DNA of 57,115 nt from an uncultured Candidatus Saccharibacteria bacterium (GCA_964477805.1 CAYZEK010000002.1:1-57115), one strand, 5' to 3'; counted from the stretch's first letter, positions 1-10,134 are shown. Numbers and translations: made by a program. The notes: a model not told the origin generated them from the sequence alone.

Positions 1-407
1 CCCGCGGCCAACATCATAAGACCCATAATACTTTTACCATTAACTTCTTCGCCAAGTATCAATGCTAAAGGTAATCTAGGTAGATATTTACTCAGTAGCG
101 TAGTTTTGCGGTTAATGTTATTTTCTAGCACAACAATATTGACCCCCACTTTACGAAGTTTTGTGACAACGCGAGCCAAAGATTTATTGTGTTCCCAAGG
201 AATAAAATCCTCTGCACCTAAAGCCACTTTATGAATTCTTGAGTCTGGGGGTATGCCTGTATAGCCTGTTAAAAAAATCTTTGCAATACCAAAAGCGTCG
301 GCATTACGAAAAATCGCACCGACATTATGCATTGAGCGAATATTGTGGGCAATCACATATAATTCAGGCTTTATGTGAATTTGAGGTTTAACGTGTTTAT
401 CAATCAA
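1..407 (-). CDS. SpoU/TrmH-family RNA 2'-O-methyltransferase, C-terminus cut by window edge
   Basis: Own minus-strand translation gives ...LYVIAHNIRSMHNVGAIFRNADAFGIAKIFLTGYTG...ALGAEDFIPWEH...LALILGEEVNG. It is absent from the ORF track because it runs off the window. Only TTG (407) or ATT (404) starts are available, so the start is uncertain. Confidence 0.7.
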   Translation of the reverse strand, partial: MIDKHVKPQIHIKPELYVIAHNIRSMHNVGAIFRNADAFGIAKIFLTGYTGIPPDSRIHKVALGAEDFIPWEHNKSLARVVTKLRKVGVNIVVLENNINRKTTLLSKYLPRLPLALILGEEVNGKSIMGLMMLAA

Positions 408-772
408 CGAGCAATCACTTCTTTAACTTTTTCGATAATTTGATCAATAGTCTGCTCACTCTTAAGTAAGTAATCAGTGATCCCGGCTTCCAAAATCTTA
501 CTCAAAGTTTCTGGATCACTCAAGTTAGTAAGCATCACTACTGGCAAAGAAACTGTTTCTGGGTTGGCCTTTAACTCCCAAACAACGCCTAAGCCATCAA
601 GTTTGGGCATCATAATATCTAGCAATACTACATCTGGTTTCACTTCTTTGATTTTGGTAATTGCTTCCTCACCGTCATACGCCGGGGTAACATCAAAACC
701 AGCAGATTTAAAACCCTCAACAAGTGATGCGGAAATTAATTTATCATCCTCTGCGCAAACGATTTTAGGCAT
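404..772 (-). CDS. Single-domain response regulator (CheY-like receiver, no output domain)
   Basis: 122 aa; acidic pocket DD, phospho-acceptor context VVLLDIMMPKLDG, later LTN and K motifs. Confidence 0.85.
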   Translation of the reverse strand: MPKIVCAEDDKLISASLVEGFKSAGFDVTPAYDGEEAITKIKEVKPDVVLLDIMMPKLDGLGVVWELKANPETVSLPVVMLTNLSDPETLSKILEAGITDYLLKSEQTIDQIIEKVKEVIAR

Positions 773-857
773 ATTTTATCAAAATTGTTAATTTATATGT
801 ATATATAGGTATTATACGCCAAATCTAAAAAGATATCCACAAACTGATCAAATTAGT

Positions 858-2525
858 TTAAGTAATTGGCAAACTAAAATAAAACGTTGAACCAAAATTC
901 TCCCCTGAGCTTTCTGCCCAAATTTGTCCACCATGGGCTTCAACAATCCCTTTACTAACAACCAAACCTAGACCAGTCCCCTTGCGAGATGAATCAAAAC
1001 TCTTTAATTGTTTAAACTTTGAGAACAAAACACTTAAATCTTCATGACTAACGCCAATACCACTATCCTTCACAGAAACTACAATCTTTTTCGCATCTGG
1101 TTCAGAAGCAATATTTAAAACAATTTCACCACTATCAGTGTACTTAATTGCATTACTTAATAAATTAGTGACTACTTGAGAAATACGCACTCTATCAAAT
1201 TTAGCTAATTGCTTTTCAGGTCCAATATAGCTCAAACTTAAATGCTTAGCTTGTGCCTGAGGTTCAAATGCCTTTAGTTGTTCCTTAATACTTTCCACTA
1301 AATTATACTCTTGTATGTTTAAGTCAAATTTTCCTGCTTCGATTTTTGCCACATCTAACAAATCATTTACCAGCTCAAGCATATTGGTTGCCGCCAAGTC
1401 TATGGTCGTAATGCCATCCTCCAGTTTGGCTTTCTCTAACTGAGCTTTGGCATCATGCAAACTTTTTAATAATGCTTCACTGGACCACCGCACTGCGGTT
1501 AATGGCGCTCGCAACTCATGCACCATCATGGCTGTAAATTCCTGCCTAAGTTTTTCTAAAGATTTTTCTGTGGTAATATCATGCAGAATCACGGCAACCC
1601 CACGGTAAATCCCCGCTTTATCCCGCACAGGCGTAACGGTAATTTCAATAACTTTATCATGAAGCAATAGTTCTGGTACAGATAACGGTATGTTTTTAGC
1701 CAATGATTCATCAATTTTTGTTCGTAAATCCACTTTGCCAGCCAATGCATCTACGATATCAAAAGTTGTGACTTCTTTTCCAACAGGCAACTGAAGCAGA
1801 TCAACCACCGAGGGGTTAGAAATAACTAACTGATACTCTAGGTCAACCATAAACACGCCGTCAGTCATGGCTGCGATAATACCAGATAGTTTTCCTTTTT
1901 CATTCTCTAGCACAACCTGGAGTTGAGAAACTGCAAAAGATGCTTGGTTGGTGATGGTGTAAACAACAGCGGCCTGGTCCTTTCCAAATAAACCAGGCTT
2001 AACAGACGAAATGTTAATCATGCCTAATAACTGTCCGTCAATAATCACAGGAATGTTTAAATACGACGCCACTTGCACCCCCAAGCTATCATCCAAAATT
2101 GCGCCACTCATTCGTTCGTCTACTTTGACGATTTGCACATCTTCATTACAAATGGCAGTAATGGCAGCCTGCATCTTATCTTTTACTTGTGAAATGAATG
2201 CATGATTAACTGAATTATGAACATGACATTTAAATATGATGTTTTTTGGATCCGTTAACAACATGAACGACACTGTCTCATACTCCAACAAATAACCGAT
2301 ACTGCCTGTAACAATCTCAATAATTTTGCTAGTGTCCAGCGTATAACCAATACGCTCATTAATTTCTTGCAATACCTGAATTTGATATATTCGTTGCTGT
2401 AGTTCTTGAGACTTAGTGGTAGCTCCTTTTGTTAACGCTCGTTCACGCATCAACCTGCGCGCCATGAAAAATGACACCACTCCAAGCAAAATAAAGTCAG
2501 ACACGAGTAAAATTACTATTGTCAT
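858..2525 (-). CDS. Sensor histidine kinase (N-terminal TM, GAF-like and PAS-like regions, HisKA, HATPase_c)
   Basis: H-box HELRAPLTAV, N-box NLLSNAIKYT, G-boxes DSGIG and GTGLGL. I prefer ATG 2525, which forms an ATGA overlap with the upstream stop, over the track start at 2549. Confidence 0.9.
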   Translation of the reverse strand: MTIVILLVSDFILLGVVSFFMARRLMRERALTKGATTKSQELQQRIYQIQVLQEINERIGYTLDTSKIIEIVTGSIGYLLEYETVSFMLLTDPKNIIFKCHVHNSVNHAFISQVKDKMQAAITAICNEDVQIVKVDERMSGAILDDSLGVQVASYLNIPVIIDGQLLGMINISSVKPGLFGKDQAAVVYTITNQASFAVSQLQVVLENEKGKLSGIIAAMTDGVFMVDLEYQLVISNPSVVDLLQLPVGKEVTTFDIVDALAGKVDLRTKIDESLAKNIPLSVPELLLHDKVIEITVTPVRDKAGIYRGVAVILHDITTEKSLEKLRQEFTAMMVHELRAPLTAVRWSSEALLKSLHDAKAQLEKAKLEDGITTIDLAATNMLELVNDLLDVAKIEAGKFDLNIQEYNLVESIKEQLKAFEPQAQAKHLSLSYIGPEKQLAKFDRVRISQVVTNLLSNAIKYTDSGEIVLNIASEPDAKKIVVSVKDSGIGVSHEDLSVLFSKFKQLKSFDSSRKGTGLGLVVSKGIVEAHGGQIWAESSGENFGSTFYFSLPIT

Positions 2526-2845
2526 TGCTTCCGATTTATTAACGAACAACTTAATTTGACATTCGGTAGGGGCTGGTTGTATTCAAGGAAAATATCAGAA
2601 TATTGATCAAGTAAAAGTCGGAATTGCAATAACGCCACTGGCTCTGATAGCTCTTGATAACGGCTGACCAGTTTTTGCATTACCGTTAAAGGTTGCCCGG
2701 CAATAGCAGATATTTCACCAGTGTCATCTACAACTAAACCAGGCACCGATGATGCAATTTCTCGTGCAATATTTGCACCAAAAATTACCATATGCCTACG
2801 CACTAGCTCTGTTAAAAACTTCTTATATGTTTGAACTGGGACCAT
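2522..2845 (-). CDS. Hypothetical 107-aa protein translationally coupled to the histidine kinase
   Basis: ORF preceded by a TGGTATAAT element; its stop overlaps the kinase ATG (ATGA); no recognisable motif. Confidence 0.5.
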   Translation of the reverse strand: MVPVQTYKKFLTELVRRHMVIFGANIAREIASSVPGLVVDDTGEISAIAGQPLTVMQKLVSRYQELSEPVALLQFRLLLDQYSDIFLEYNQPLPNVKLSCSLINRKQ

Positions 2846-2899
2846 TTTATTTTTATCACTCAGGGTGATTTTTGTATCTTCTAGCTAATTCCTCTATTA

Positions 2900-2908
2900 A
2901 TTATACCA
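2900..2908 (-). promoter_or_regulatory. Extended -10 element TGGTATAAT (minus strand)
   Basis: Plus-strand attatacca, about 55 nt upstream of the 2845 start; TTGGCT lies 18 nt further upstream. Confidence 0.5.
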
Positions 2909-2930
2909 TACCTGTCTCTGCTCAGCCAAA

Positions 2931-4280
2931 TTATATGTGATTGTCTAGATTATCTTGTAACAAAGTATTTTTAAATTCTTTCATACGTCCAAACCCAATA
3001 GAATCACGCAAAACATCACGTGCTAAAAAAGCTGGCACACGCGCCACAGTAAAGTCTGCATATTTTGTGTTAATTTTGTCTAAAGCTTGAACTAAACGCA
3101 GTCCTCCCCCTTTACTTTTATCGAACAAACTTACTTGCCCGGAACTCAGCACTAACCCAAACACGGTGACCCCAATCAAATAAACTTCTTTTTCTAAATA
3201 CTCTAAATCACTACTGGATTCTAGTAATCTGATTGTTTCCAGATAAATATCACGCCCGTCCTGTAAATAATAACCCAACTGTGAGCCTTTACTAATTCGA
3301 TTGGTATGATCTTTATTATGTATATGTACATGTACTCCGTTGCCCATCACTTTATTCACACGCAAGCGCGTTGCTACCATTTCGCATAACTTATACAACA
3401 CTGGACGCATTGCATGCTTATCCCGATATTCTTGTGGCAATGTATACATATGTCCAATTGATTTCATAGCCGAAATATCATCACGGGCGTTGATTACCTC
3501 ATTGAAATTTTCTTTCCAACTACCCTCCAATTGACCCATGCTATGCAAGTGATATCCAGAGATACCATAACGCACCACCAGTTTGGTTAATGGATAATCT
3601 CGCAAGTCAGTCAAATTATGTATTCCTAACTTTGCTAGACTATTTTTCGTACGAACACCAATGCCAGGGATATCTGTTAAATCTAACCGTTCATATAGCG
3701 AAGCTTTGTCTGTCGGCCGAACTATAGTTAACCCATTTGGCTTTTGTAAATCAGATGCAATTTTTGCCATCAGCTTGCTATAACTAACCCCAGCCGAACA
3801 CTTAATCCATTCCCCGACTTCCGCAAGCATGCGAGTTTTAATTTCCTTGATAATTCGCTCGGCTTCTTTCCATGGATCAACCAGACGCCATTGGCCATTT
3901 TGCTTGGTCCGCACATTGCAAGATTTAGTTAAATCCAAAAAGGCCTCATCAATACTATATTTCTCAATTCTATCAGTGTAATCTTCAAACACCTTTAAAA
4001 ACCGCGCCGTGTAATATCTATACCGGGCTGGTGTTGTCGGTGTCAGAATGATTTTTGGATAAAGTTTTTTAGCCTCCCAAACCGGCATGGCTGTTTTTAT
4101 CCCCCACTTCTTTGCTTCAATGCTCGGAGCAATAATGATCCCACCCAAATGCTCACACACACCGAGAGGCTTCCCGCGCCACTCAGGCCGATCCTGTTGT
4201 TCACAAGAAGCAAAATACGAATTCATATCTATATGCGCAATGATTGGTTGCGGTATCGGTATACCAATTTTTGTATCCAT
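2931..4280 (-). CDS. dinB: Y-family DNA polymerase IV
   Basis: IAHIDMNSYFASCEQ, SIDEAFLD, GVSYSKLMAKIASD, IPGIG motifs; 449 aa. Confidence 0.9.
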   Translation of the reverse strand: MDTKIGIPIPQPIIAHIDMNSYFASCEQQDRPEWRGKPLGVCEHLGGIIIAPSIEAKKWGIKTAMPVWEAKKLYPKIILTPTTPARYRYYTARFLKVFEDYTDRIEKYSIDEAFLDLTKSCNVRTKQNGQWRLVDPWKEAERIIKEIKTRMLAEVGEWIKCSAGVSYSKLMAKIASDLQKPNGLTIVRPTDKASLYERLDLTDIPGIGVRTKNSLAKLGIHNLTDLRDYPLTKLVVRYGISGYHLHSMGQLEGSWKENFNEVINARDDISAMKSIGHMYTLPQEYRDKHAMRPVLYKLCEMVATRLRVNKVMGNGVHVHIHNKDHTNRISKGSQLGYYLQDGRDIYLETIRLLESSSDLEYLEKEVYLIGVTVFGLVLSSGQVSLFDKSKGGGLRLVQALDKINTKYADFTVARVPAFLARDVLRDSIGFGRMKEFKNTLLQDNLDNHI

Positions 4281-4397
4281 ATCTATATGGTATACGATTG
4301 TTCACCTTTTATCAATAGGTAATGACCACTGCCGCCCCAATCGTCAACCAAACAAACAAAAAGCCACAACAAATGAGTTGTGGCGATGAATCATTCT

Positions 4398-4772
4398 CTA
4401 TTGATTGTTATTCGACCTTCGGGCTTCTACATGTAATTTTTTATGAAAAACAAACAGCACTATTCCAATTAATACATATGTCAGCCAAAAATATCCACTT
4501 GCATAAACACTACGACCAGTAAAATGCGTTGTAACGACAATGTCAGCAATCAAACCAATAATTGTCCAAACCACAACCAGCAAGATTCCTTCAAAATAGT
4601 TTAATGTGCCCATGCGTCGAGAAATCGCTATAGTAATGATTGCCAAAGCAACATAAAACAAAATAACCACTGTCCAACTACTAATATTCAAGTAATTAAT
4701 GAAAATGATTTTAGTAATGATAAACAGGACTTGTGCGGAGATGGTTCCTAAAAGTAACGAAGCAATAGTCAT
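4398..4772 (-). CDS. Small integral membrane protein, unknown function
   Basis: 124 aa with about 4 hydrophobic helices; TAATG one-nt overlap with the upstream gene. Confidence 0.5.
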   Translation of the reverse strand: MTIASLLLGTISAQVLFIITKIIFINYLNISSWTVVILFYVALAIITIAISRRMGTLNYFEGILLVVVWTIIGLIADIVVTTHFTGRSVYASGYFWLTYVLIGIVLFVFHKKLHVEARRSNNNQ

Positions 4773-5428
4773 TATTCGGAAATAATTTTGACGACCTTCT
4801 TTGCAACAGGCTTACGAGCAGTTTTTGATTTACTGCTCTTTTGAACAACTGATGACGCAACTTTTGAAGTCGCTTTAGATGCTACGGTAGATTTTTTAAT
4901 AGTTGCACGCTTCTTTGGCTCTGGAGTGGCTTTTAAAAAGTCTTCAAAACTCCAATTATCACCGCTAACCACAGGAGATTGTGATTCTGATTTAACTGCC
5001 ACACCCTCTACGGCTTTTGGTTTAGATGTTACTTTTTGTGTTACTTTAATTTTTGACTGTTGCGGAGTAAGGTTACTTGCAGGCATGAGACCTGACTTCT
5101 TTTGCTTCTCACCACCGCGCCAATTATGTGGTACAAAGCCATGGAACAATCCTGCCTTAGCTTCTGCACTAGCTCCATAGACTGATGAATACCAGTCCAT
5201 ACCAAGCACAATTCCATACCACCCACCAAAAAATAGCGCAATTAACATCGTAAAGAAATCAACTACCAAGAGAGTCGCCTCGCTCATTCCTAAAGAATAA
5301 GTATTAAAGTCTAGAATTAATACTAAATCATACAGAACAAAAATTGCTCTGTGCAACATTGCAAAAAGAACCATGCCTAGAATTGAGCATAGAAACAAAT
5401 ACAGTGCTTTGGTGACAGCTTTACGCAT
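4772..5428 (-). CDS. Membrane protein with Lys/Ser/Thr-rich C-terminal tail
   Basis: 218 aa; hydrophobic helices in the N-terminal half, then a KKxxK-rich low-complexity tail; TGGTATAAT upstream. Confidence 0.55.
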   Translation of the reverse strand: MRKAVTKALYLFLCSILGMVLFAMLHRAIFVLYDLVLILDFNTYSLGMSEATLLVVDFFTMLIALFFGGWYGIVLGMDWYSSVYGASAEAKAGLFHGFVPHNWRGGEKQKKSGLMPASNLTPQQSKIKVTQKVTSKPKAVEGVAVKSESQSPVVSGDNWSFEDFLKATPEPKKRATIKKSTVASKATSKVASSVVQKSSKSKTARKPVAKKVVKIISE

Positions 5429-5479
5429 AATTTATTTTTATTTTATGATAATTTATTTCAGATCCAAACGTTCGTTTTT

Positions 5480-5488
5480 ATTATACCA
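5480..5488 (-). promoter_or_regulatory. Extended -10 element TGGTATAAT (minus strand)
   Basis: Plus-strand attatacca, about 50 nt upstream of the 5428 start. Confidence 0.45.
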
Positions 5489-5562
5489 TATTTTTCATTC
5501 ATAACAAACTTTTTGGTGGATAAATGAGAGAGTTTAATGAGATGTATTCTTCAAGTAGTTTT

Positions 5563-6570
5563 TTACTTAATAGAAAGTATGCTCTTCTTATAACTATCTA
5601 AGTGATCGAGCGCTACTCCTGTACCTTTTGCCACACACAATAACGGTTCTTCTGCGACATAACAAGGCACGCCAACGGCTTGAGAAATATAATGATCTAG
5701 ATTACGCAACATTGCAGTTCCTCCAGTCATAACCATACCTTTATCAATAATATCACTAGCCAATTCAGGCGGTGTGTCCTGCAAAACAGCCTTAACAGCA
5801 CGCACCATCTCCTTTAGGTCTTCTTGAATTGCCTCTACTACTTCATTAGTCGATAACGTCACAGTTTTGGGTAAACCAGTAATATTATCACGACCCTTGA
5901 TTTCCATGACTTCTTCTTCTGGCAAAGCCAAAGCCGACCCAATAGTAATTTTAATTTCTTCAGCTGTCCGCTCGCCGATAGCTAAATTATATTTCTTTCG
6001 AACATATTCGATAATTGCAGCATCTAGCTTATTTCCAGCCACGCGTGCGGACGTTGAATTAACAATTCCGCCAAGACTCAACACAGCAACATCAGTAGTG
6101 CCACCACCAATGTCAATTATCAAATTCCCGCTGGCAGAAGAGATTGGTATCCCAGCTCCGATTGCTGATGCGACAGTTTCTTTGATGACGAAAGCCGATT
6201 TTGCGCCAGCGGCAACAGCAGCGTCAATTACAGCACGACGTTCGGTGGAAGTAATACCTCCAGGCACGCTAATCATAACTTCGGGTCGGAAAAAACGCAC
6301 CTTACCTAGAGATTTATTGATAAAATAACGAAGCATTGCCTCTGTAACACGATAGTCGGCAATTACCCCATCCCGCATAGGACGGCTGGCAACAATTGTT
6401 TCTGGAGTGCGCCCCAACATCTCTTTAGCTTCTTGGCCGACGGCTAAAACCCGGTTATCATCCAGTGAAATTGCCACTACAGTAGGTTCGTTTATAACGA
6501 TACCAGTTTTGGGGAAATGAACTAAGGTATTTGCAGTACCAAGGTCTATTCCGATTTTACTTTGGAACAT
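5563..6570 (-). CDS. mreB: Rod-shape determining actin homologue MreB
   Basis: IGIDLGTANTLV, DIGGGTTDVAV, MTGGTAMLRNLD motifs. The track start at 6594 is a TTG lying inside the predicted promoter, so I prefer ATG 6570. Confidence 0.9.
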   Translation of the reverse strand: MFQSKIGIDLGTANTLVHFPKTGIVINEPTVVAISLDDNRVLAVGQEAKEMLGRTPETIVASRPMRDGVIADYRVTEAMLRYFINKSLGKVRFFRPEVMISVPGGITSTERRAVIDAAVAAGAKSAFVIKETVASAIGAGIPISSASGNLIIDIGGGTTDVAVLSLGGIVNSTSARVAGNKLDAAIIEYVRKKYNLAIGERTAEEIKITIGSALALPEEEVMEIKGRDNITGLPKTVTLSTNEVVEAIQEDLKEMVRAVKAVLQDTPPELASDIIDKGMVMTGGTAMLRNLDHYISQAVGVPCYVAEEPLLCVAKGTGVALDHLDSYKKSILSIK

Positions 6571-6579
6571 ATACATACC

Positions 6580-6608
6580 ATTATAGCCTGCCAAGCCTGC
6601 TTAAGCAA
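6580..6608 (-). promoter_or_regulatory. mreB promoter: -35 TTGCTT, 17-nt spacer, -10 TATAAT, then 9 nt to the ATG
   Basis: Read on the minus strand: TTGCTTaagcaggcttggcaggcTATAATggtatgtatATG. Confidence 0.55.
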
Positions 6609-6629
6609 TGGGGTAAAATCTGCTACAAT
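6601..6629 (+). promoter_or_regulatory. Promoter of the PEGA gene: -35 TTAAGC, 17-nt spacer, TGc-TACAAT
   Basis: ttaagcaatggggtaaaatctgctacaat; its -35 overlaps the mreB -35 on the other strand. Confidence 0.5.
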
Positions 6630-6647
6630 AATACTAGAAAAATAGTT

Positions 6648-7934
6648 ATGAAATCATCTACCCGTTATTTGTTAATAGCTTTTGGCTTTTTTATTTTTAT
6701 AATTTTAGCCCCATTATTAATTCTATATGTCAGTGGCACTAGACTAAATTTTAGTAGTCGTAACACTGATAGCACAGGAATTCTTGATGCAAAAACTAAT
6801 CCATCGAATGCCACACTATTTATTGATGGAAAAGAACATAGCAAAACCCCCGCCATTGCCAGATTTTTGGATCAGGGTGAATATGTTTTTACTTTAACCA
6901 AAGATGGTTACTATGATTGGAGTAAACGTTTACCAATCGAATCCGATAAAGTAACTTATGCGCAAAGTGGTGTCGAAGAAATTCAACTCATCAAGAGAAG
7001 CCAACCAACACTGATTGTTCCCAAGGGCATAAAAAGTTTTACGCTAACTAATAACGAAGTTTGGTTTACTGAAAACAACAGTGTGGGCTATGCACCAATA
7101 AATGATTTCAGTAACCAAAAATTCATTCCGCTAAAGTTTACCCCTCAAAATATTCAATCACTCCGAGACAAAGGTCATTTATTTATATCTAACAAAGATG
7201 CCTATGCCGTAATTGATACCCAAACACACTCTGTTTTTCCAATTGATTTTAATTTGAATCCTGATGATGCCGTAGTGATTGGTAACGCTTTAATTTTCCA
7301 GGCTGGCACAGAATTACAAAACTACAATCTGATTACTAAAAAATCTGTTACGATAACGAACGATATTACTGGCTTTACAATGCTTGGTAATACTGCATAT
7401 TTTGCCGATAATTCAGGGAATATCAGTATTGGTGTTTGGGACGGTCAACAATTAAAAGATATGCAACCAATTGTTTCTGGACAGGCTATTGCCAAAGGGC
7501 AAAACCAGTTAATAATCACAAACCAGAAACGGCTATTTTTACTAGACAGCTCAAAAAATCTATATCGCGTAAACCAAACTCTAGAATTAGTCGCTAGTCA
7601 AGTTGAAGCAGTGAATTTAGATTTAAAAACTGATGAACTTGTCATCAGAACTTCAAGTGAGTTAGGGTTCTATAATTTTTTACAAGATAAACTACAATTA
7701 CTCACTCGTAGCACTAACCCAGCCTTAAGCTTTTTAATCAGATCAAATATTGGATATGGCTTTGTTGGAACATCAACTGGCTTAGAAGCAATTGAAATTG
7801 ATTCTCGGGATCAACAAAATCGTTATCAACTCCTACATAATGAACCAATATGGCAACTGGCGATCACTGATGACCAAAAAACGATTATTGCATTACAAGG
7901 CGATTCTTTGATTTCAATGGAGATAAGAAATTAA
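6648..7934 (+). CDS. Membrane-anchored PEGA-domain protein with a long beta-rich C-terminal region
   Basis: N-terminal TM (YLLIAFGFFIFIILAPLLILYV) then a PEGA-like NATLFIDGKEHSKTPAIARFLDQGEYVFTLTKDGYYDW. ATG 6648 is preferred because the track start at 6531 overlaps mreB. Confidence 0.7.
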   Translation: MKSSTRYLLIAFGFFIFIILAPLLILYVSGTRLNFSSRNTDSTGILDAKTNPSNATLFIDGKEHSKTPAIARFLDQGEYVFTLTKDGYYDWSKRLPIESDKVTYAQSGVEEIQLIKRSQPTLIVPKGIKSFTLTNNEVWFTENNSVGYAPINDFSNQKFIPLKFTPQNIQSLRDKGHLFISNKDAYAVIDTQTHSVFPIDFNLNPDDAVVIGNALIFQAGTELQNYNLITKKSVTITNDITGFTMLGNTAYFADNSGNISIGVWDGQQLKDMQPIVSGQAIAKGQNQLIITNQKRLFLLDSSKNLYRVNQTLELVASQVEAVNLDLKTDELVIRTSSELGFYNFLQDKLQLLTRSTNPALSFLIRSNIGYGFVGTSTGLEAIEIDSRDQQNRYQLLHNEPIWQLAITDDQKTIIALQGDSLISMEIRN

Positions 7935-8353
7935 CTTCCCGCTATAGCATCTAACGCTTCATTAACTTTTGCATCGGCCTCTGTGTTAAACTCACGACGC
8001 ACATGCACAAAATTATAGCCTTCAAATTTTTTTAAAAGACTCAAGACCTGAGTGGCTAATGTTTGTAACACTGGTTGCTTGATTTTATATACACCGGTCA
8101 TTTGCTTTACAATTAATTCGGAATCCATCTGGATTTTGACCTGTGTTGCCCCTAAATTTATTGCTTCCTCCAATGCCTTAACCAAAGCGCTATATTCCGC
8201 GACGTTATTGGTTGTGGTGCCTATATACGCGCCATACGAATAAAGTAATTCTCCAGCTTCGGTTTTTATCACAACACCAATTCCAGCTGGCCCAGGATTA
8301 CCACGCGCTCCACCATCTGTATTAATTACTAAAAGTTTTTTCTGTTTGATCAT
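7931..8353 (-). CDS. rnhA: Ribonuclease HI family protein
   Basis: NTDGGARGNPGPAGIGVVI, NNVAEYSALVKALEEA, DSELIVKQM motifs; 140 aa. Confidence 0.8.
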   Translation of the reverse strand: MIKQKKLLVINTDGGARGNPGPAGIGVVIKTEAGELLYSYGAYIGTTTNNVAEYSALVKALEEAINLGATQVKIQMDSELIVKQMTGVYKIKQPVLQTLATQVLSLLKKFEGYNFVHVRREFNTEADAKVNEALDAIAGS

Positions 8354-10112
8354 CTTGTTGTTTAATTATCGCTTGAATTGTGTCTTGCGGAAAATGAATA
8401 TCCAATAATCGCATTTTTAATTTTTGGTGCCCATTCCACGAGTCTACCATCAGCTCTCCGGCAATGGAAATTTTACTCCCCAAATCTAACTTTGTAGCCA
8501 AATATCCCATACTAAACCCAATGCAATCTAACATTGATTCTCCTAGCATAACTCTCAACTGCAAATGTTGCTGGGTTGACCCAACAACCTTGAAACTTAC
8601 TATGCGTACATCCTCTACTGAAAAAATTGGTCTTGTATTTCCAGCGCCGTATGGTTCTAGATTTTCTATCTCACTATATACTGAAAGTGAAATATCTTCT
8701 TCTTTTAACTGCCCATCGATCATGATAGTTGGGGCGTTAGATTCGATTGGGTGATTATCAACATAGTGCAGAATTGCTAAATACAGTGCGTCAAGTTCAG
8801 ATGTTTGCGCAGTCAAACCTGCCGCTTGCTTATGACCACCAAACTTTATCAAGTGTGATTGGACAGATTTCAGACACTCTACAATATTGAACTCTGCACC
8901 GCCAACACGAGCTGAACCAGTGCTCTCAGTTTCACCTCGTTCCATAATTATGGTCGGTTTATTGTATATCTCGGCAACACGACCAGCGACAATCCCAACC
9001 AACCCCTTTGCCCAACCATCACTATGTAGCAACAACACGCTCCTATCGCCTAACAACTCAGCTTGTTCTTTTGCCTCAGACACAATCCTATTAGTTAAAT
9101 CACGACGCCTGCGATTAATGTCTTCTAGGCGATTCGCTAAAGTAATCCCCTCAGCAAAATCGGTCGTAGTCAGTAACGCCAAAGCCACATCAGCATGCTC
9201 TAAACGACCCGCTGCGTTTATCCTCGGGGCAATAGTAAAACCAATGGTTTGGGTATCTAAAATATCTTTCTTCAAGTCTATACCTGCATTCTCAATCAAC
9301 TGCCGGAGTCCCATCCATTTACTTTTTTGCAAAACCTTCAAACCAAATTTTACTAAAATCCGATTTTCACCCAATAACGAATGGCAGTCTGCCACCGTCC
9401 CAATAGCCACTAAATCCAACAGCCATTTATCCCACTCAGGCTGATAGTCTTCTGCTGGGATTCCTTTTTGTTGGATGACTTTTTCAGGAGACATCAAGAT
9501 TGCTTTCGCAACTTTATAGGCAACTCCAACACCCGTGATTTGATCGTCAGGGTAAACTTCATTTGGGTTTTTGGGGTTTACTAATGCAAAAGCTTCTGGA
9601 ATCTCCCCAGTAATTTCATGGTGATCAGTGATAATCAAATCAATGCCATTCGCCCGGCAAAACTCTGCCTCCGCAACTGAGTTGGTGCCACAATCTACAG
9701 TAATGACCAATTGAATCCCCTGTGCTTTGATCTTTTGGAAAGCTTCCAGGTTTAGACCGTAGCCTTCTTTGAATCTATCAGGAACATAACTACTCACCTC
9801 AACACCCAAATATCGAAAAGTTTGTTGGAGCAATGCATTAGCTGTAACCGCGTCAGCATCATAATCGCCATATATCAGAATTTTCTCTTTCTGTTGTATG
9901 GCCTGCCAAATCCGATCCACTGCAGTCTGCATCTCTGTAAACAAAAAAGGATTATACAGATTTCGATAATCTGGATTTAAAAATCGCTCTACTTGATCAG
10001 TAGAATACACTCCGCGTGAATACAACAACTGCACCACTAAACTATGTAATTCTGGAAATTGTTCAAGAATTTCGCGTGGGGCGGGGTCAAAAATTTGCCA
10101 GTGTTTCGCCAT
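8322..10112 (-). CDS. recJ: Single-stranded-DNA-specific exonuclease RecJ
   Basis: DHH-family motifs IYGDYDADAVTA, TVDCG, ITDHHE, plus GGHKQAAG (DHHA1). The track start at 10133 is TTG; the first ATG is at 10112. Confidence 0.9.
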   Translation of the reverse strand: MAKHWQIFDPAPREILEQFPELHSLVVQLLYSRGVYSTDQVERFLNPDYRNLYNPFLFTEMQTAVDRIWQAIQQKEKILIYGDYDADAVTANALLQQTFRYLGVEVSSYVPDRFKEGYGLNLEAFQKIKAQGIQLVITVDCGTNSVAEAEFCRANGIDLIITDHHEITGEIPEAFALVNPKNPNEVYPDDQITGVGVAYKVAKAILMSPEKVIQQKGIPAEDYQPEWDKWLLDLVAIGTVADCHSLLGENRILVKFGLKVLQKSKWMGLRQLIENAGIDLKKDILDTQTIGFTIAPRINAAGRLEHADVALALLTTTDFAEGITLANRLEDINRRRRDLTNRIVSEAKEQAELLGDRSVLLLHSDGWAKGLVGIVAGRVAEIYNKPTIIMERGETESTGSARVGGAEFNIVECLKSVQSHLIKFGGHKQAAGLTAQTSELDALYLAILHYVDNHPIESNAPTIMIDGQLKEEDISLSVYSEIENLEPYGAGNTRPIFSVEDVRIVSFKVVGSTQQHLQLRVMLGESMLDCIGFSMGYLATKLDLGSKISIAGELMVDSWNGHQKLKMRLLDIHFPQDTIQAIIKQQDDQTEKTFSN

Positions 10113-10134
10113 ATAGGCATGATAACACACCAAA

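Noticed and set aside
7931-7934. Convergent PEGA gene and rnhA share a palindromic TTAA in which both stop codons overlap
   Set aside because: It is real but is an ordinary consequence of genome compaction, with no further functional implication I can support.
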